A DNA stretch of 64,000 nucleotides from Desulfosudaceae bacterium (GTDB lineage: Bacteria; Desulfobacterota; Desulfobacteria; Desulfobacterales; Desulfosudaceae): the NCBI GenBank assembly GCA_963674745.2, contig CAXXDV010000003.1, forward strand, positions 256,001 through 320,000, in the 5' to 3' direction. Positions 47,649 to 56,697 of the stretch are shown here, in pieces. A program made the translations under genes and the position numbers. Every line of letters begins with the position of its first letter. The first letter of the stretch is position 1. Below the pieces are notes generated by a model. That model saw only the letters and a program-made list of their open reading frames with translations. It had not been told where the DNA came from and did no database searches.

Positions 47649-49316
47649 TTAACCTTGACCGCGTTTTTTCTTACGATCTTTTTTCTTTTTAACCGGCGGG
47701 CTTTTTTCAGCATATTGCATCCTTACAGCGCGACCATCGATTTTTGTTTCTTTCATTGCTTTTGCAACCGTATCCGCAACATCTGCTTCAATTTCAATAA
47801 ACGAAAACTCGCGTAATATGTCAATTTTTCCTATTTTTGCCGCCCGGATATTGGACCGTTCACAAATGTTCCGGATGATCGTCCCTTTGTTAATATTATC
47901 CATGCGGCCGGCATTCATGAAAAAGCGACGGGCATCTCCCTGAAGTTCTTGACCTGTACCCGGCTTTTTTTTATCCGTCGTTTTTTTAGATCGCGACACA
48001 TTAATGTCAGCCGCGTCCTTGTAATACATCAGGAAGCGGTTAAATTCCAGGGATACAAACTTCTGGATCAACTCCTCCTTGGTGAGCGTTTTGAGCGTGT
48101 CAAATACAGGCAATAAGAATTTTCCGATTTCATCATCATTGACTTCAACCGCCACCAATTTATTGATCATGGCATAAAGCTGATTTTCACACACGGCCCG
48201 CCCTGCCGGAACTTTCATGTAGGAAAAATTAATTTTGGATTTGTGCTCGATCCTTTGAAGTTTCCCGATTTCTTTGGTGTTGATGATGGCAATGGACATG
48301 CCGGATTTACCGGCTCTTCCGGTGCGACCGCTTCGGTGGGTATAATTATCCGCTTCATCCGGGAGCTTGTAATTGATCACATGGGATATGTCGTGCACGT
48401 CAAGACCTCTGGCCGCAACGTCGGTTGCAATCAGGACCTGAATCGTTTTTTCACGATACCGGCGCATCACCTGATCTCGAACCTGCTGGGACAGATCCCC
48501 GTGCAAGGCTTCTGCATTGTATCCATCTAAAATTAATTTTTCGGCAATCTCCTGGGTCTCTCTGCGGGTCCGGCAGAAAACAAGGCCGTAAATTTCGGGA
48601 TGAAAATCGATAATCCGTTTTAACGCCTGATATCGGTCTTTTTCTTTGACGATAAAATAGATATGCTCGATATTCTCGGCGCCGCTGTCCTTTTTGCCAA
48701 TGGTGACTTCCCGGGGGGCATGCATATATTTTTTGGCAATAACCGCCACCTCCCGGGGCATGGTTGCCGAAAAAAGCCATGTCCGTTTGCTGCCCGGTGT
48801 CTGCTCCAGGATGGCATTGATATCTTCCTGAAATCCCATGTTCAGCATCTCATCGGCTTCATCCAGTACCAGGTAGGCGACCTTCGACAAATCAATCACT
48901 TTACGTCGAATAAAGTCCAGCAATCGGCCGGGGGTGGCAACGATAATTTGGGCCTTGTTTTGGATTTTCTGTCGCTGGTTTTCAATGCTTGCCCCGCCAT
49001 AGACGGCCACGACCCTGGCTTTTGGCAGGTATTTGCAGAACAGATTGATGTCATTTTCTATTTGAAGACACAATTCCCTGGTAGGGCACAGGATCAGACC
49101 CTGAATGTGGGTGGACCGAAAATCAATGCGTTGGGCCATTGGCAGGCCAAAGGCCGCTGTTTTTCCGGTCCCGGTCTGGGCCAGTCCGATCAAATCATTG
49201 TCACCGGAAATGATTTCTGGAATGGCCTCGATTTGAATGGGGGTCGCCTCAACAAATCCAAGGTCATGGATGGCTTCCATCAGTTCGGGATCTAAATCAA
49301 AATTTTCAAAACTCAT
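47649..49316 (-). CDS. deaD: DEAD-box RNA helicase with DbpA-type RNA-binding C-terminus
   Basis: AQTGTGKT, PTREL, TPGR, DEAD, SAT, ARGLD, HRSGRTGRAG. Confidence 0.93.
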   Translation of the reverse strand: MSFENFDLDPELMEAIHDLGFVEATPIQIEAIPEIISGDNDLIGLAQTGTGKTAAFGLPMAQRIDFRSTHIQGLILCPTRELCLQIENDINLFCKYLPKARVVAVYGGASIENQRQKIQNKAQIIVATPGRLLDFIRRKVIDLSKVAYLVLDEADEMLNMGFQEDINAILEQTPGSKRTWLFSATMPREVAVIAKKYMHAPREVTIGKKDSGAENIEHIYFIVKEKDRYQALKRIIDFHPEIYGLVFCRTRRETQEIAEKLILDGYNAEALHGDLSQQVRDQVMRRYREKTIQVLIATDVAARGLDVHDISHVINYKLPDEADNYTHRSGRTGRAGKSGMSIAIINTKEIGKLQRIEHKSKINFSYMKVPAGRAVCENQLYAMINKLVAVEVNDDEIGKFLLPVFDTLKTLTKEELIQKFVSLEFNRFLMYYKDAADINVSRSKKTTDKKKPGTGQELQGDARRFFMNAGRMDNINKGTIIRNICERSNIRAAKIGKIDILREFSFIEIEADVADTVAKAMKETKIDGRAVRMQYAEKSPPVKKKKDRKKKRGQG

Positions 49317-49463
49317 TTACAATCGTTCTCTGTTTATAGGGTTGACGTCAGTAATCGCTCACAATACGAAAATCGATCTTCGGTTGGAAGCCGGTGATGT
49401 GTCCAAAAAAAAGAAGCGTGTTCGGTGAATGGTAATTCGAAGACTTGCTTTTATTGATTACGC

Positions 49464-49492
49464 AGTATGGTTTAAAACAAAATCAGTGTCAA
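49464..49492 (-). promoter_or_regulatory. Sigma70-type promoter for the helicase
   Basis: TTGACA-N17-CATACT on the minus strand, about 150 nt upstream of the ATG. Confidence 0.6.
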
Positions 49493-49537
49493 CAATATTT
49501 CAATAAAGGGCGCCCTAAAGTGTTATAAGCACGGTGG

Positions 49538-51100
49538 TCACGCTTTGCTGCCGGCTTGTCTGCCAAATGGAATGCCCAGTTTTTTCATTCGTTTTCTAAG
49601 GGTGCTGGGATTCATCCCAAGCAGGGTTGCCGCACCTTTGGGCCCCTGGACCCGTCCACCGGTCATGTCCAGGACGGATTCAATATGCTGCTTCATGACG
49701 TCGTCGAGCTTCAGGAAACCGGGGACCGGAAGTTGAGCCACCGGTTGTTCCCTGTGGCTGACTTGAGGGCCGGTCCTCTCAAAGTAAAGCCAGTGCCCCT
49801 GGTCCGCATGAATGCTCCGGATCAGCGCCCTTTCCACCATGTTTTCAAGTTCCCTGATATTACCGGGCCAGTCGTGTCCCTGAAGCATTTCGATGCTTCC
49901 CGGGGCAGGTTTCCGGATAAAACGAAGGTTCAGTTCTCTGGATTTTTTTTCGATCAAAAAAGACACTAGGTCGGGAATATCCTCTTTTCGATGCCTCAGG
50001 GGCGGGATGGTGATGGGAAAGACATTGAGTCTGAACCAGAGGTCTTCCCTGAAGGTCTGATTCCGGACCATCTCTTCCAGGTTCCGGTGGGTGGCGGTAA
50101 TGATGCGGATGTCCACGGGAATGGGCTTTGTTCCGCCCACCCGTTCGATTTCTTTTGACTGAATGACCCGCAGCAGCCTGACCTGGGCCTGGAGAGGCAG
50201 TTCGCCGATCTCATCCAGAAAGATCGTGCCGTGGTCGGCCCGTTCAAACCGGCCGCGTTTTTGTTCACCGGCGCCGGTAAAAGCGCCTTTTTCATGGCCG
50301 AACAACTCGCTGTCGATCAGGGACTCGGGGATGGCGCCGCAGTTGACCTTTATAAACGGCCCCTCGCTTCTCGGGGATGCATAATGAATGGCGTTGGCAA
50401 TGACTTCCTTGCCCACCCCGGTTTCTCCCAGCAGGAGCACCTGACTTGACAAAGGAGACACCTGGCGGACCATCTCCATGACATGTTTGAGGCCCGAATG
50501 TTCACCGATAATTTCGCCGCCGGCCTTATCCTGGAGCTGTTGGCTCAAAAAACGGTTGTCGTCGGCCAGAATCTCTTTAAGCCTTAACAGCTCCCTGTGG
50601 CTTAACCCGTTGGCCATGGCAATGGCAAATGGCCCCTGAAGCAGATTGAGTTTGTCCAGGTGCTGTTGCGTGTAGCGGTTGCGGCCCCGGGCGATTAAGG
50701 TCACCATGCCGATATTCTGGCCCTCCACATCCAGTCGTGAGGCCAGGCAGGAGACAACCGGTTTTTCCATGGTCTGCCAGGCGAGCTTTACGATCGGGTG
50801 GTTTTCCGGCTGGTTGATCAGGCCGATAGGGTCGTCACTGAACTCGTATTGTTTGATGTGATCAATCGCCTCCCGGGTCAGCTTGAGCGTTTTGGAAGGC
50901 ATTTTAAGCTCGGGCTCTTTGACCAGTGCCACGAAATTCAACAACCCCTGATCCCTGTCAAACAGGCTCAGGCTGATGCCATCTGCGGGGATGGTTTGCC
51001 GAATGTAGGCATAGGCATTGGTCAGCATGGTGTCGATATCGAGGCTTCCGCAAATTCGCAGTGTTGCCTGGTAAAAAAAATCAATGTCTTCACGCTTCAT
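49538..51100 (-). CDS. Sigma54-dependent activator (GAF, AAA+, HTH; FhlA-like)
   Basis: GETGVGKE, SELFGHEKGAFTGA, FLDEIGE, FREDLWFRL, WPGNIREL, GAATLLG. Confidence 0.95.
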   Translation of the reverse strand: MKREDIDFFYQATLRICGSLDIDTMLTNAYAYIRQTIPADGISLSLFDRDQGLLNFVALVKEPELKMPSKTLKLTREAIDHIKQYEFSDDPIGLINQPENHPIVKLAWQTMEKPVVSCLASRLDVEGQNIGMVTLIARGRNRYTQQHLDKLNLLQGPFAIAMANGLSHRELLRLKEILADDNRFLSQQLQDKAGGEIIGEHSGLKHVMEMVRQVSPLSSQVLLLGETGVGKEVIANAIHYASPRSEGPFIKVNCGAIPESLIDSELFGHEKGAFTGAGEQKRGRFERADHGTIFLDEIGELPLQAQVRLLRVIQSKEIERVGGTKPIPVDIRIITATHRNLEEMVRNQTFREDLWFRLNVFPITIPPLRHRKEDIPDLVSFLIEKKSRELNLRFIRKPAPGSIEMLQGHDWPGNIRELENMVERALIRSIHADQGHWLYFERTGPQVSHREQPVAQLPVPGFLKLDDVMKQHIESVLDMTGGRVQGPKGAATLLGMNPSTLRKRMKKLGIPFGRQAGSKA

Positions 51101-51165
51101 CTCTGCTCCCGCTACAAATAAACGCGTGCTTCAATGAGCACGGATTGACGGTAGTTGTCGTTAAC

Positions 51166-51227
51166 TATCCCATAGTCCGGAATTTATAAAAAATATCCCA
51201 TAAGACATTTTTATTCTGTCCTATGGG
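51166..51227. promoter_or_regulatory. Candidate activator-binding sites (CCCATA(A/G) repeats)
   Basis: CCCATAAGAC-N11-GTCCTATGGG inverted pair (51197-51227) plus a third half-site TATCCCATAG at 51166. Confidence 0.5.
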
Positions 51228-51280
51228 GCATGTTTTTGCAATAAAAAAATTATAGCCTATAATTTCAAATAGTTATTTGT

Positions 51281-51297
51281 TCGGCACGGATTTGGCA
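51281..51297 (+). promoter_or_regulatory. Sigma54 (-24/-12) promoter
   Basis: TCGGCACGGATTTGGCA = GG-N10-GC with the GGCACG core, divergent from the activator gene. Confidence 0.7.
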
Positions 51298-51378
51298 AAG
51301 CATAAGAGAAACAAGGCCTCTGATGCATTCAGATGTCAAAACGGATTAAAACAAAATTTTTTATTAAAGGAGAATATC

Positions 51379-51846
51379 ATGAAAAAGAGCATCACAAAAA
51401 GAACACGCATTTCGATCCTGTTCGCAATCCTTGTCGTTGGCTGTTCGGCTCCTGCGGTTTACGCCGGTTCAGCGGTTTCAATGATCGATGATGAAGTCAT
51501 TAGTGCCCTGGAAGGTTTCCGGTTCGGTCAACCTGTTGCTCAAGCCAATGCCGCGCAGCAGCAAAACGCGGATCAGGTTGTCCTTGACGATTGTTCGATG
51601 ATCAACGAAGAAGTCATTGCCGGATTAAAGGACTTCCGGTTCGGTTCTTCAAATCAATACCTCTACGCGCAAAAAAAGAACTCACCCGTTGAGGCCACCT
51701 CATGGAGCGAAAAAAGCGACTCCATTATTGACGCCGAACTGATCAGTCAACTGGAGGGCGTTGAAATTGTCGAAGGCGTCCGGATCGTCGAAGCCAAATT
51801 TGTCGCTGACATGAGAGCAATTATGGATAAATTTGCTGAAAATTAA
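51379..51846 (+). CDS. Exported protein with three internal repeats
   Basis: AAGGAG SD, signal peptide; SMIDDEVISALEGFRFG / SMINEEVIAGLKDFRFG / SIIDAELISQLEGVEI. Confidence 0.75.
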   Translation: MKKSITKRTRISILFAILVVGCSAPAVYAGSAVSMIDDEVISALEGFRFGQPVAQANAAQQQNADQVVLDDCSMINEEVIAGLKDFRFGSSNQYLYAQKKNSPVEATSWSEKSDSIIDAELISQLEGVEIVEGVRIVEAKFVADMRAIMDKFAEN

Positions 51847-51926
51847 ATCACAAAAGACGGGCACAGGGCCCGGGCCTTTCTCGAGTTGACCCTGCCCGGA
51901 CTCGTCCTGCACGGCGCGAACGAACG

Positions 51927-51983
51927 AGGGGCACCCCCCTGTGGGTGCCCTTTCATCGGGCAGGCACGGGTGCCGGCCCCTAC
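51927..51983. repeat. GTAG-type REP doublet
   Basis: AGGGGCACCCCCCTGTGGGTGCCC...GGGCAGGCACGGGTGCCGGCCCCTAC. Confidence 0.8.
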
Positions 51984-52112
51984 AATATTCGCGAGCGGCC
52001 TGCAGCACGGCAGAAGGGGCCAAGGGGGCTTGTCCGGAAGAGTGAATTCTCCCAACATTTTTATAATGATGATAACCCGAATATCTCCTAAAAATTTCGG
52101 GTCAAAGGAGTT

Positions 52113-52898
52113 ATGATGAAAAAAAATGGCATGTTGTTAATCACAATGGTTTTTCTGTTTACCGCCTCGCCGTCCTGGGCGACGCTGGAAATGGGTATCG
52201 GTGCCTGGAATCAGAATATCGAGGGTGATATTTCCTATTCGCTTTTCAACAATGTTACTGATGAGGCTGATCTGCATCGGGACCTGGATCTTAAAAAAGA
52301 TACCCGTGGCACCGGGTATTTAAAGCTGGAACTGCCGGTACTGCCGAGTCTTTATCTGGGCTTTACCCCCATGTCGTATAAAGGTACGGACGTGATGGAT
52401 CGGCCGTATAATTTCGGGCACTACACTTTTCTGGAGGATCGGCTGCTGGATACCCGTATGAAATTAAATCATTTCGACATTGGATTGTACTACAGCCTTA
52501 CCATGCCGGATCTGGCCGGGTTAAAACAGGTCAAGCTGGATCTGGGACTGGATCTGCGTACGGCTGAACTTGACGTGTCCGTAACCGGCACGGTCGCAAC
52601 CGGCAACGGTGAAAAACGGGTTCGGGAAGCGGAAGATTATACGCTGCCCATTCCCATGCTTTATGCTGCGGTCCAGATTACGCCCGCGGAAAAAATTTCT
52701 CTGGAATTTGAAGGGCGGGGCGTGTCTCTGGGCGGGGATGATCTGGTCAGCCTGCTGGGCAAGGTAAAGTACCGCATCCATGGGGCGTTGTTTATCGCCG
52801 CCGGCTACCGGTATGATTACATCCGCCTGGATGAAGACGATCTTAATATTGACAGTACCGTCAGCGGCATCTTTTGCGAAACCGGCCTGGAGTTCTAG
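52113..52898 (+). CDS. Outer-membrane beta-barrel protein, TIGR04219-like
   Basis: Signal peptide, G.W...I.G, P.LP.L, D..LYY, PIPMLY, GYR, terminal aromatic (GLEF). Confidence 0.75.
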   Translation: MMKKNGMLLITMVFLFTASPSWATLEMGIGAWNQNIEGDISYSLFNNVTDEADLHRDLDLKKDTRGTGYLKLELPVLPSLYLGFTPMSYKGTDVMDRPYNFGHYTFLEDRLLDTRMKLNHFDIGLYYSLTMPDLAGLKQVKLDLGLDLRTAELDVSVTGTVATGNGEKRVREAEDYTLPIPMLYAAVQITPAEKISLEFEGRGVSLGGDDLVSLLGKVKYRIHGALFIAAGYRYDYIRLDEDDLNIDSTVSGIFCETGLEF

Positions 52899-52978
52899 GC
52901 GCTCGTTTAAGTGGAATGTGTGACTGGACGTGAATGATCATAAAGTCGATTTTGCACAGATAGAGAACCGGCAACGGG

Positions 52979-53482
52979 TCAACTGGCAAAATCAGCCACA
53001 CATTTATTCAGACAGGAACGGCATGTCTTTCGGTCTAATTTGCCTGCTGAGCAATAGTCCACGTAAGCCTCGATCCAGTCCGCTCCGGCCCTGGGGCAGT
53101 TGTCGATAAACTGGATGAATTTGACTAGGCTGTTGACTGTTTCCGTGTCCATGACATGTTCCATGTGGCAGGCGGTAGCGTCCGCCTTGTCATCACCGAT
53201 TTGCAACACCCGGGACAGGAAGTCTTTGATGACCCTGTGCCGACGTTCGATTTCCCGGCCAATTTTTCGCCCCGCAGAGGTCAGCGTGATATAACTGTAA
53301 GGTTCGTAATTGACCAGCCCTTTTTCTGCCAGAACCTTGAGCGCACTTGTGACCGATCCCCGTTGAACACCGATGGCTTCGGCAATGTCTTTCTGCCTGG
53401 CAACTTTATCGGTAGTCTCCAGACGAAGAATGGCCTCCAGATAATCTTCCAGACTTTCGGAAAGAGGATTTTTCTTGTCCAT
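52979..53482 (-). CDS. DtxR/MntR-family metal-dependent repressor with Cys-rich tail
   Basis: SLEDYLEAI, DIAE..GV..GSVT.AL, Y.PY..ITLT, RRH, ACHMEH. Confidence 0.92.
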   Translation of the reverse strand: MDKKNPLSESLEDYLEAILRLETTDKVARQKDIAEAIGVQRGSVTSALKVLAEKGLVNYEPYSYITLTSAGRKIGREIERRHRVIKDFLSRVLQIGDDKADATACHMEHVMDTETVNSLVKFIQFIDNCPRAGADWIEAYVDYCSAGKLDRKTCRSCLNKCVADFAS

Positions 53483-53545
53483 ATTTTCTTCCTTTTTAAA
53501 GTTTTTACAGTCTATCTGAGCATATTTTATAAGTTAAAACAAAAA

Positions 53546-53599
53546 AAGTTGGCTATGGCAAACTTTTTTATTGACAAATAAGTTTGAAATACCTAACTT
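53546..53599 (+). promoter_or_regulatory. feo promoter with two AAGTT-N10-AACTT operator palindromes
   Basis: AAGTTGGCTATGGCAAACTT (53546-53565) and AAGTTTGAAATACCTAACTT (53580-53599) flank TTGACA (53571); -10 TAACTT at 17-nt spacing. Confidence 0.7.
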
Positions 53600-53641
53600 T
53601 GTAATTCAAATAAAACACTAACTGCCGTGAAAAGAGAGGGT

Positions 53642-53923
53642 ATGATGACAATCAACATGAGAAAAATGCAAAAAAATCAGACTGGAACCATCGTTGCCGT
53701 TAAAGCCGATCGTGAGTTGGGCAGGCGAATAAGGGACATGGGCCTCGTACCGGGGACTGAGATTAGGGTCCAGGGCCGGGCACCGCTATATGATCCGGTG
53801 TCGTTACGGCTCAAAGGATTTACGCTGACGCTTCGCAATAACGAAGCAAATTTTATCGATGTCAAAATTAGTCGAAAGGGGAAAGACGAAAACAATGAAC
53901 GCAACCATCGCTTTGGCCGGTAA
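53642..53923 (+). CDS. feoA: Ferrous iron transport protein A
   Basis: RRIRDMGLVPG, APLYDP, LTLRNNEA. Confidence 0.92.
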   Translation: MMTINMRKMQKNQTGTIVAVKADRELGRRIRDMGLVPGTEIRVQGRAPLYDPVSLRLKGFTLTLRNNEANFIDVKISRKGKDENNERNHRFGR

Positions 53924-56105
53924 TCCCAATTCCGGCAAAACAACACTTTTTAACGCGCTTACCGGCGCGAGGCAGCAGGTCGGCAATTATCCCGGTGTAA
54001 CGGTGGAAAAGAAACAGGGCGTATACAAAGCCGCTGAAAGCAATTTTACGATTGTTGACCTGCCGGGGACATATTCGCTGACGGCCTATTCACTGGAAGA
54101 GGTGGTGACCAGGGATTTTCTGGTTAATGAAAAGCCGGGGATGGTAATCAATATTGTGGATGCTTCCAATCTGGAACGCAATTTATATCTTTCACTTCAA
54201 TTCATGGAACTGGGTTTGCCGGTCTGTATCGCTTTGAACATGATGGATGTCGCCCGGGACAGGGGGATAGAAATCGATATTGATATGTTGTCCCGTCTCC
54301 TGGGCGTCCCGGTAATTCCAACAGTGGCCAGAAACGGTAAAGGTAAGAAGGCACTGATGGAGACAGTGGCGAGTCAAGTAATAACACCGAAACCATCGGT
54401 TCTCAGTATCTCATATGGTGCGGAAATCGACCATGCATTGGATGAAATAGAAAAAATTATTGAGAACACGGGTTTCATGAACCAGAAATATCCAAGCCGC
54501 TGGATCGCCTTAAAATATTTGGAAAACGATCAGCAGATTATGGAAAGAGGCCGTCAGGCTTCGTCTCTCTTGTCTGGAAAGATAGAACGGGTTGTTAAGA
54601 AATTAACCGATCATCTTGCCGATACCCTGGATACCTATCCTGAGGTGGTGATTGCAGATCAACGTTACGGATATATCAGTTCCTTATTGAAACAGGGTGT
54701 TGTCAAACACCAACAGGATATCAATCGCCTGCAGTTATCCGACAGGGTCGACCGGGTGGTGACCAACCGGTTTTGGGGGCCGATTATCATGGCAGCGGTT
54801 CTTATCGGTTTATATCAGTTTACTTTTACCTATAGCGAAATACCCGTTGGCTGGATAGAAGGATTGTTCGGCCACCTGGGCGTTCTGGCCGAAAGCCGCT
54901 TGTCTGACGGTTTACTCAAGTCTTTGGTCGTGTCCGGTATTATCGACGGCGTGGGTGGTGTTCTGGGATTTGTTCCACTGATCATGTTCATGTTTTTCGG
55001 GATTTCCATCCTGGAAGATTCCGGTTACCTGGCCAGGGTGGCATATATGCTGGACCGGATTTTTCGAATGTTCGGTCTGCATGGCAGTTCCGTCATGGCT
55101 TTTATCGTGTCCGGCGGCATTGCCGGCGGCTGCGCAGTGCCGGGTGTCATGGCCGCCCGTACCCTTAAATCTTCCCGGGAACGTCTGGCCACTCTGCTGA
55201 CCGTGCCGTTTATGAACTGCGGCGCAAAACTGCCGGTTTTTGCCCTGCTGGCAGCCGCGTTCTTCGCGGAAAACGAAGCCCTGGTGATGTTGGTGATAAC
55301 GCTCATTGCCTGGGTCGGGGCCCTGCTGGTCGCCAAACTGCTGAGAAGCACGGTGGTGAGGGGGGAATCAACACCGTTTGTGATGGAATTGCCGCCTTAT
55401 CGGCTGCCCACTTTCAGGGGGCTGATGATTCACACCTGGGAACGGACCTGGCAGTATATTAAAAAAGCGGGAACCGTGATTCTGGCCATATCCGTGCTGT
55501 TGTGGGCCATGATGACCTTTCCCGGATTACCCGATGCCGAAATCGACCGGTTTGCGCAGCAGCGGTCGAAATTGCTGGCCGGTGCCTCACCGGCGGTCAC
55601 AGCCGAAATCGAAGCCGGTGAAGACGGCACGGAATTGTCTTTAAAAGCCAGGATGCTGGCGGACCGGCTGACAGCCATCGAACAAAAACAAGCCGAGGCC
55701 GGGCTGCGACATTCTCTGGCCGGACGTATCGGTACTGGATTGGAAGGCCTTACCCGTCTGGCCGGATTTGACTGGCGGACCAATATCGCCCTGGTGGGCG
55801 GGTTTGCCGCCAAAGAAGTGGTGGTGTCGACCCTGGGTACGGCCTACTCGCTGGGAGAGGTCGACCCGGAAGAAGCCGGTGCGTTGTCGGACCGGCTGGC
55901 GGCCGCTCCCGGATGGAGCCCTCTGGTGGCCCTGAGCCTGATTGTTTTTACCATTTTTTACGCGCCCTGTTTTGTGGCCGTGGTATGTATCGCCAGGGAA
56001 GCCGGCTCCTGGAAATGGGGTGCTTTTTCCATGCTGTTTAATACCGCTCTGGCCTTCTGCCTGTCCGTGACCGTATTCCAGGTGGGTTCGTTGCTGGGGT
56101 ATTAG
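53895..56105 (+). CDS. feoB: Ferrous iron transport protein B
   Basis: GNPNSGKT, VGNYPGVTVE, DLPGTYSL, NMMD, LEDSGYLAR, PFMNCGAKL, FVMELP.Y. Confidence 0.96.
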   Translation: MNATIALAGNPNSGKTTLFNALTGARQQVGNYPGVTVEKKQGVYKAAESNFTIVDLPGTYSLTAYSLEEVVTRDFLVNEKPGMVINIVDASNLERNLYLSLQFMELGLPVCIALNMMDVARDRGIEIDIDMLSRLLGVPVIPTVARNGKGKKALMETVASQVITPKPSVLSISYGAEIDHALDEIEKIIENTGFMNQKYPSRWIALKYLENDQQIMERGRQASSLLSGKIERVVKKLTDHLADTLDTYPEVVIADQRYGYISSLLKQGVVKHQQDINRLQLSDRVDRVVTNRFWGPIIMAAVLIGLYQFTFTYSEIPVGWIEGLFGHLGVLAESRLSDGLLKSLVVSGIIDGVGGVLGFVPLIMFMFFGISILEDSGYLARVAYMLDRIFRMFGLHGSSVMAFIVSGGIAGGCAVPGVMAARTLKSSRERLATLLTVPFMNCGAKLPVFALLAAAFFAENEALVMLVITLIAWVGALLVAKLLRSTVVRGESTPFVMELPPYRLPTFRGLMIHTWERTWQYIKKAGTVILAISVLLWAMMTFPGLPDAEIDRFAQQRSKLLAGASPAVTAEIEAGEDGTELSLKARMLADRLTAIEQKQAEAGLRHSLAGRIGTGLEGLTRLAGFDWRTNIALVGGFAAKEVVVSTLGTAYSLGEVDPEEAGALSDRLAAAPGWSPLVALSLIVFTIFYAPCFVAVVCIAREAGSWKWGAFSMLFNTALAFCLSVTVFQVGSLLGY

Positions 56106-56116
56106 GAGATAGTCCG

Positions 56117-56347
56117 ATGGAAACCGTTATTATCATATTAATCGTAACCGCGGCCATGGTGTACTTTATCCGCAGATTTGTAAAATCATGCCGACAGGAA
56201 GGCGGTTGCCAGGGGTGCACAGCATGCAATTGCGGCGGTCCGGAGACTGGATCCTGCTGTGCGATGCAACCGGATATAAGAAATAATAAAAAAAACATTA
56301 TCATGACGGAAAGTCAACTCAATGAGAAACAGGCGCGGACACCATAA
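56117..56347 (+). CDS. FeoB-associated Cys-rich membrane protein
   Basis: AGGAG SD, N-terminal TM, GGCQGCTACNC. Confidence 0.75.
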   Translation: METVIIILIVTAAMVYFIRRFVKSCRQEGGCQGCTACNCGGPETGSCCAMQPDIRNNKKNIIMTESQLNEKQARTP

Positions 56348-56540
56348 CCCGCAAGGGCAATGCCTGGAAAACCAGGTTCGCTGTTGTTGTGGAAAACTGC
56401 TGGCAAAGCAGATCGATAACGGCGTTGTACTCAAGTGCACCCGGTGCAAGCGGGAAATTATCATCCGCTTTTCCGAGGCGGATCAGTCTTACGGTTCGGA
56501 TGACAGAGGAGATCCTGTTGTGATGCTTCCTGATGAGTAA
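56322..56540 (+). CDS. Mu Com-like zinc-finger protein
   Basis: VRCCCGKLLAK...VVLKCTRCKREI matches the Com pattern IRC..C.KLL....IEI.C.RCK. Confidence 0.72.
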   Translation: MRNRRGHHNPQGQCLENQVRCCCGKLLAKQIDNGVVLKCTRCKREIIIRFSEADQSYGSDDRGDPVVMLPDE

Positions 56541-56628
56541 GTGAAAAATTTGATACAAAAAAACGGCTTTGAACGCGTAAGAAAAGCCGGCGGAATAATA
56601 GAGCGGCCAGCGGCCAATTTAGAGCCTA

Positions 56629-56670
56629 GCGCCCGAAACCGGAACATACCGGTATTCGGGCGTTTTTTTT
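56629..56670 (+). terminator. Intrinsic terminator in the porin leader
   Basis: GCGCCCGAA-ACCGG / CCGGT-A-TTCGGGCGT stem with T8. Confidence 0.82.
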
Positions 56671-56697
56671 GAAATACATATTTTAACAGAAAGAACG

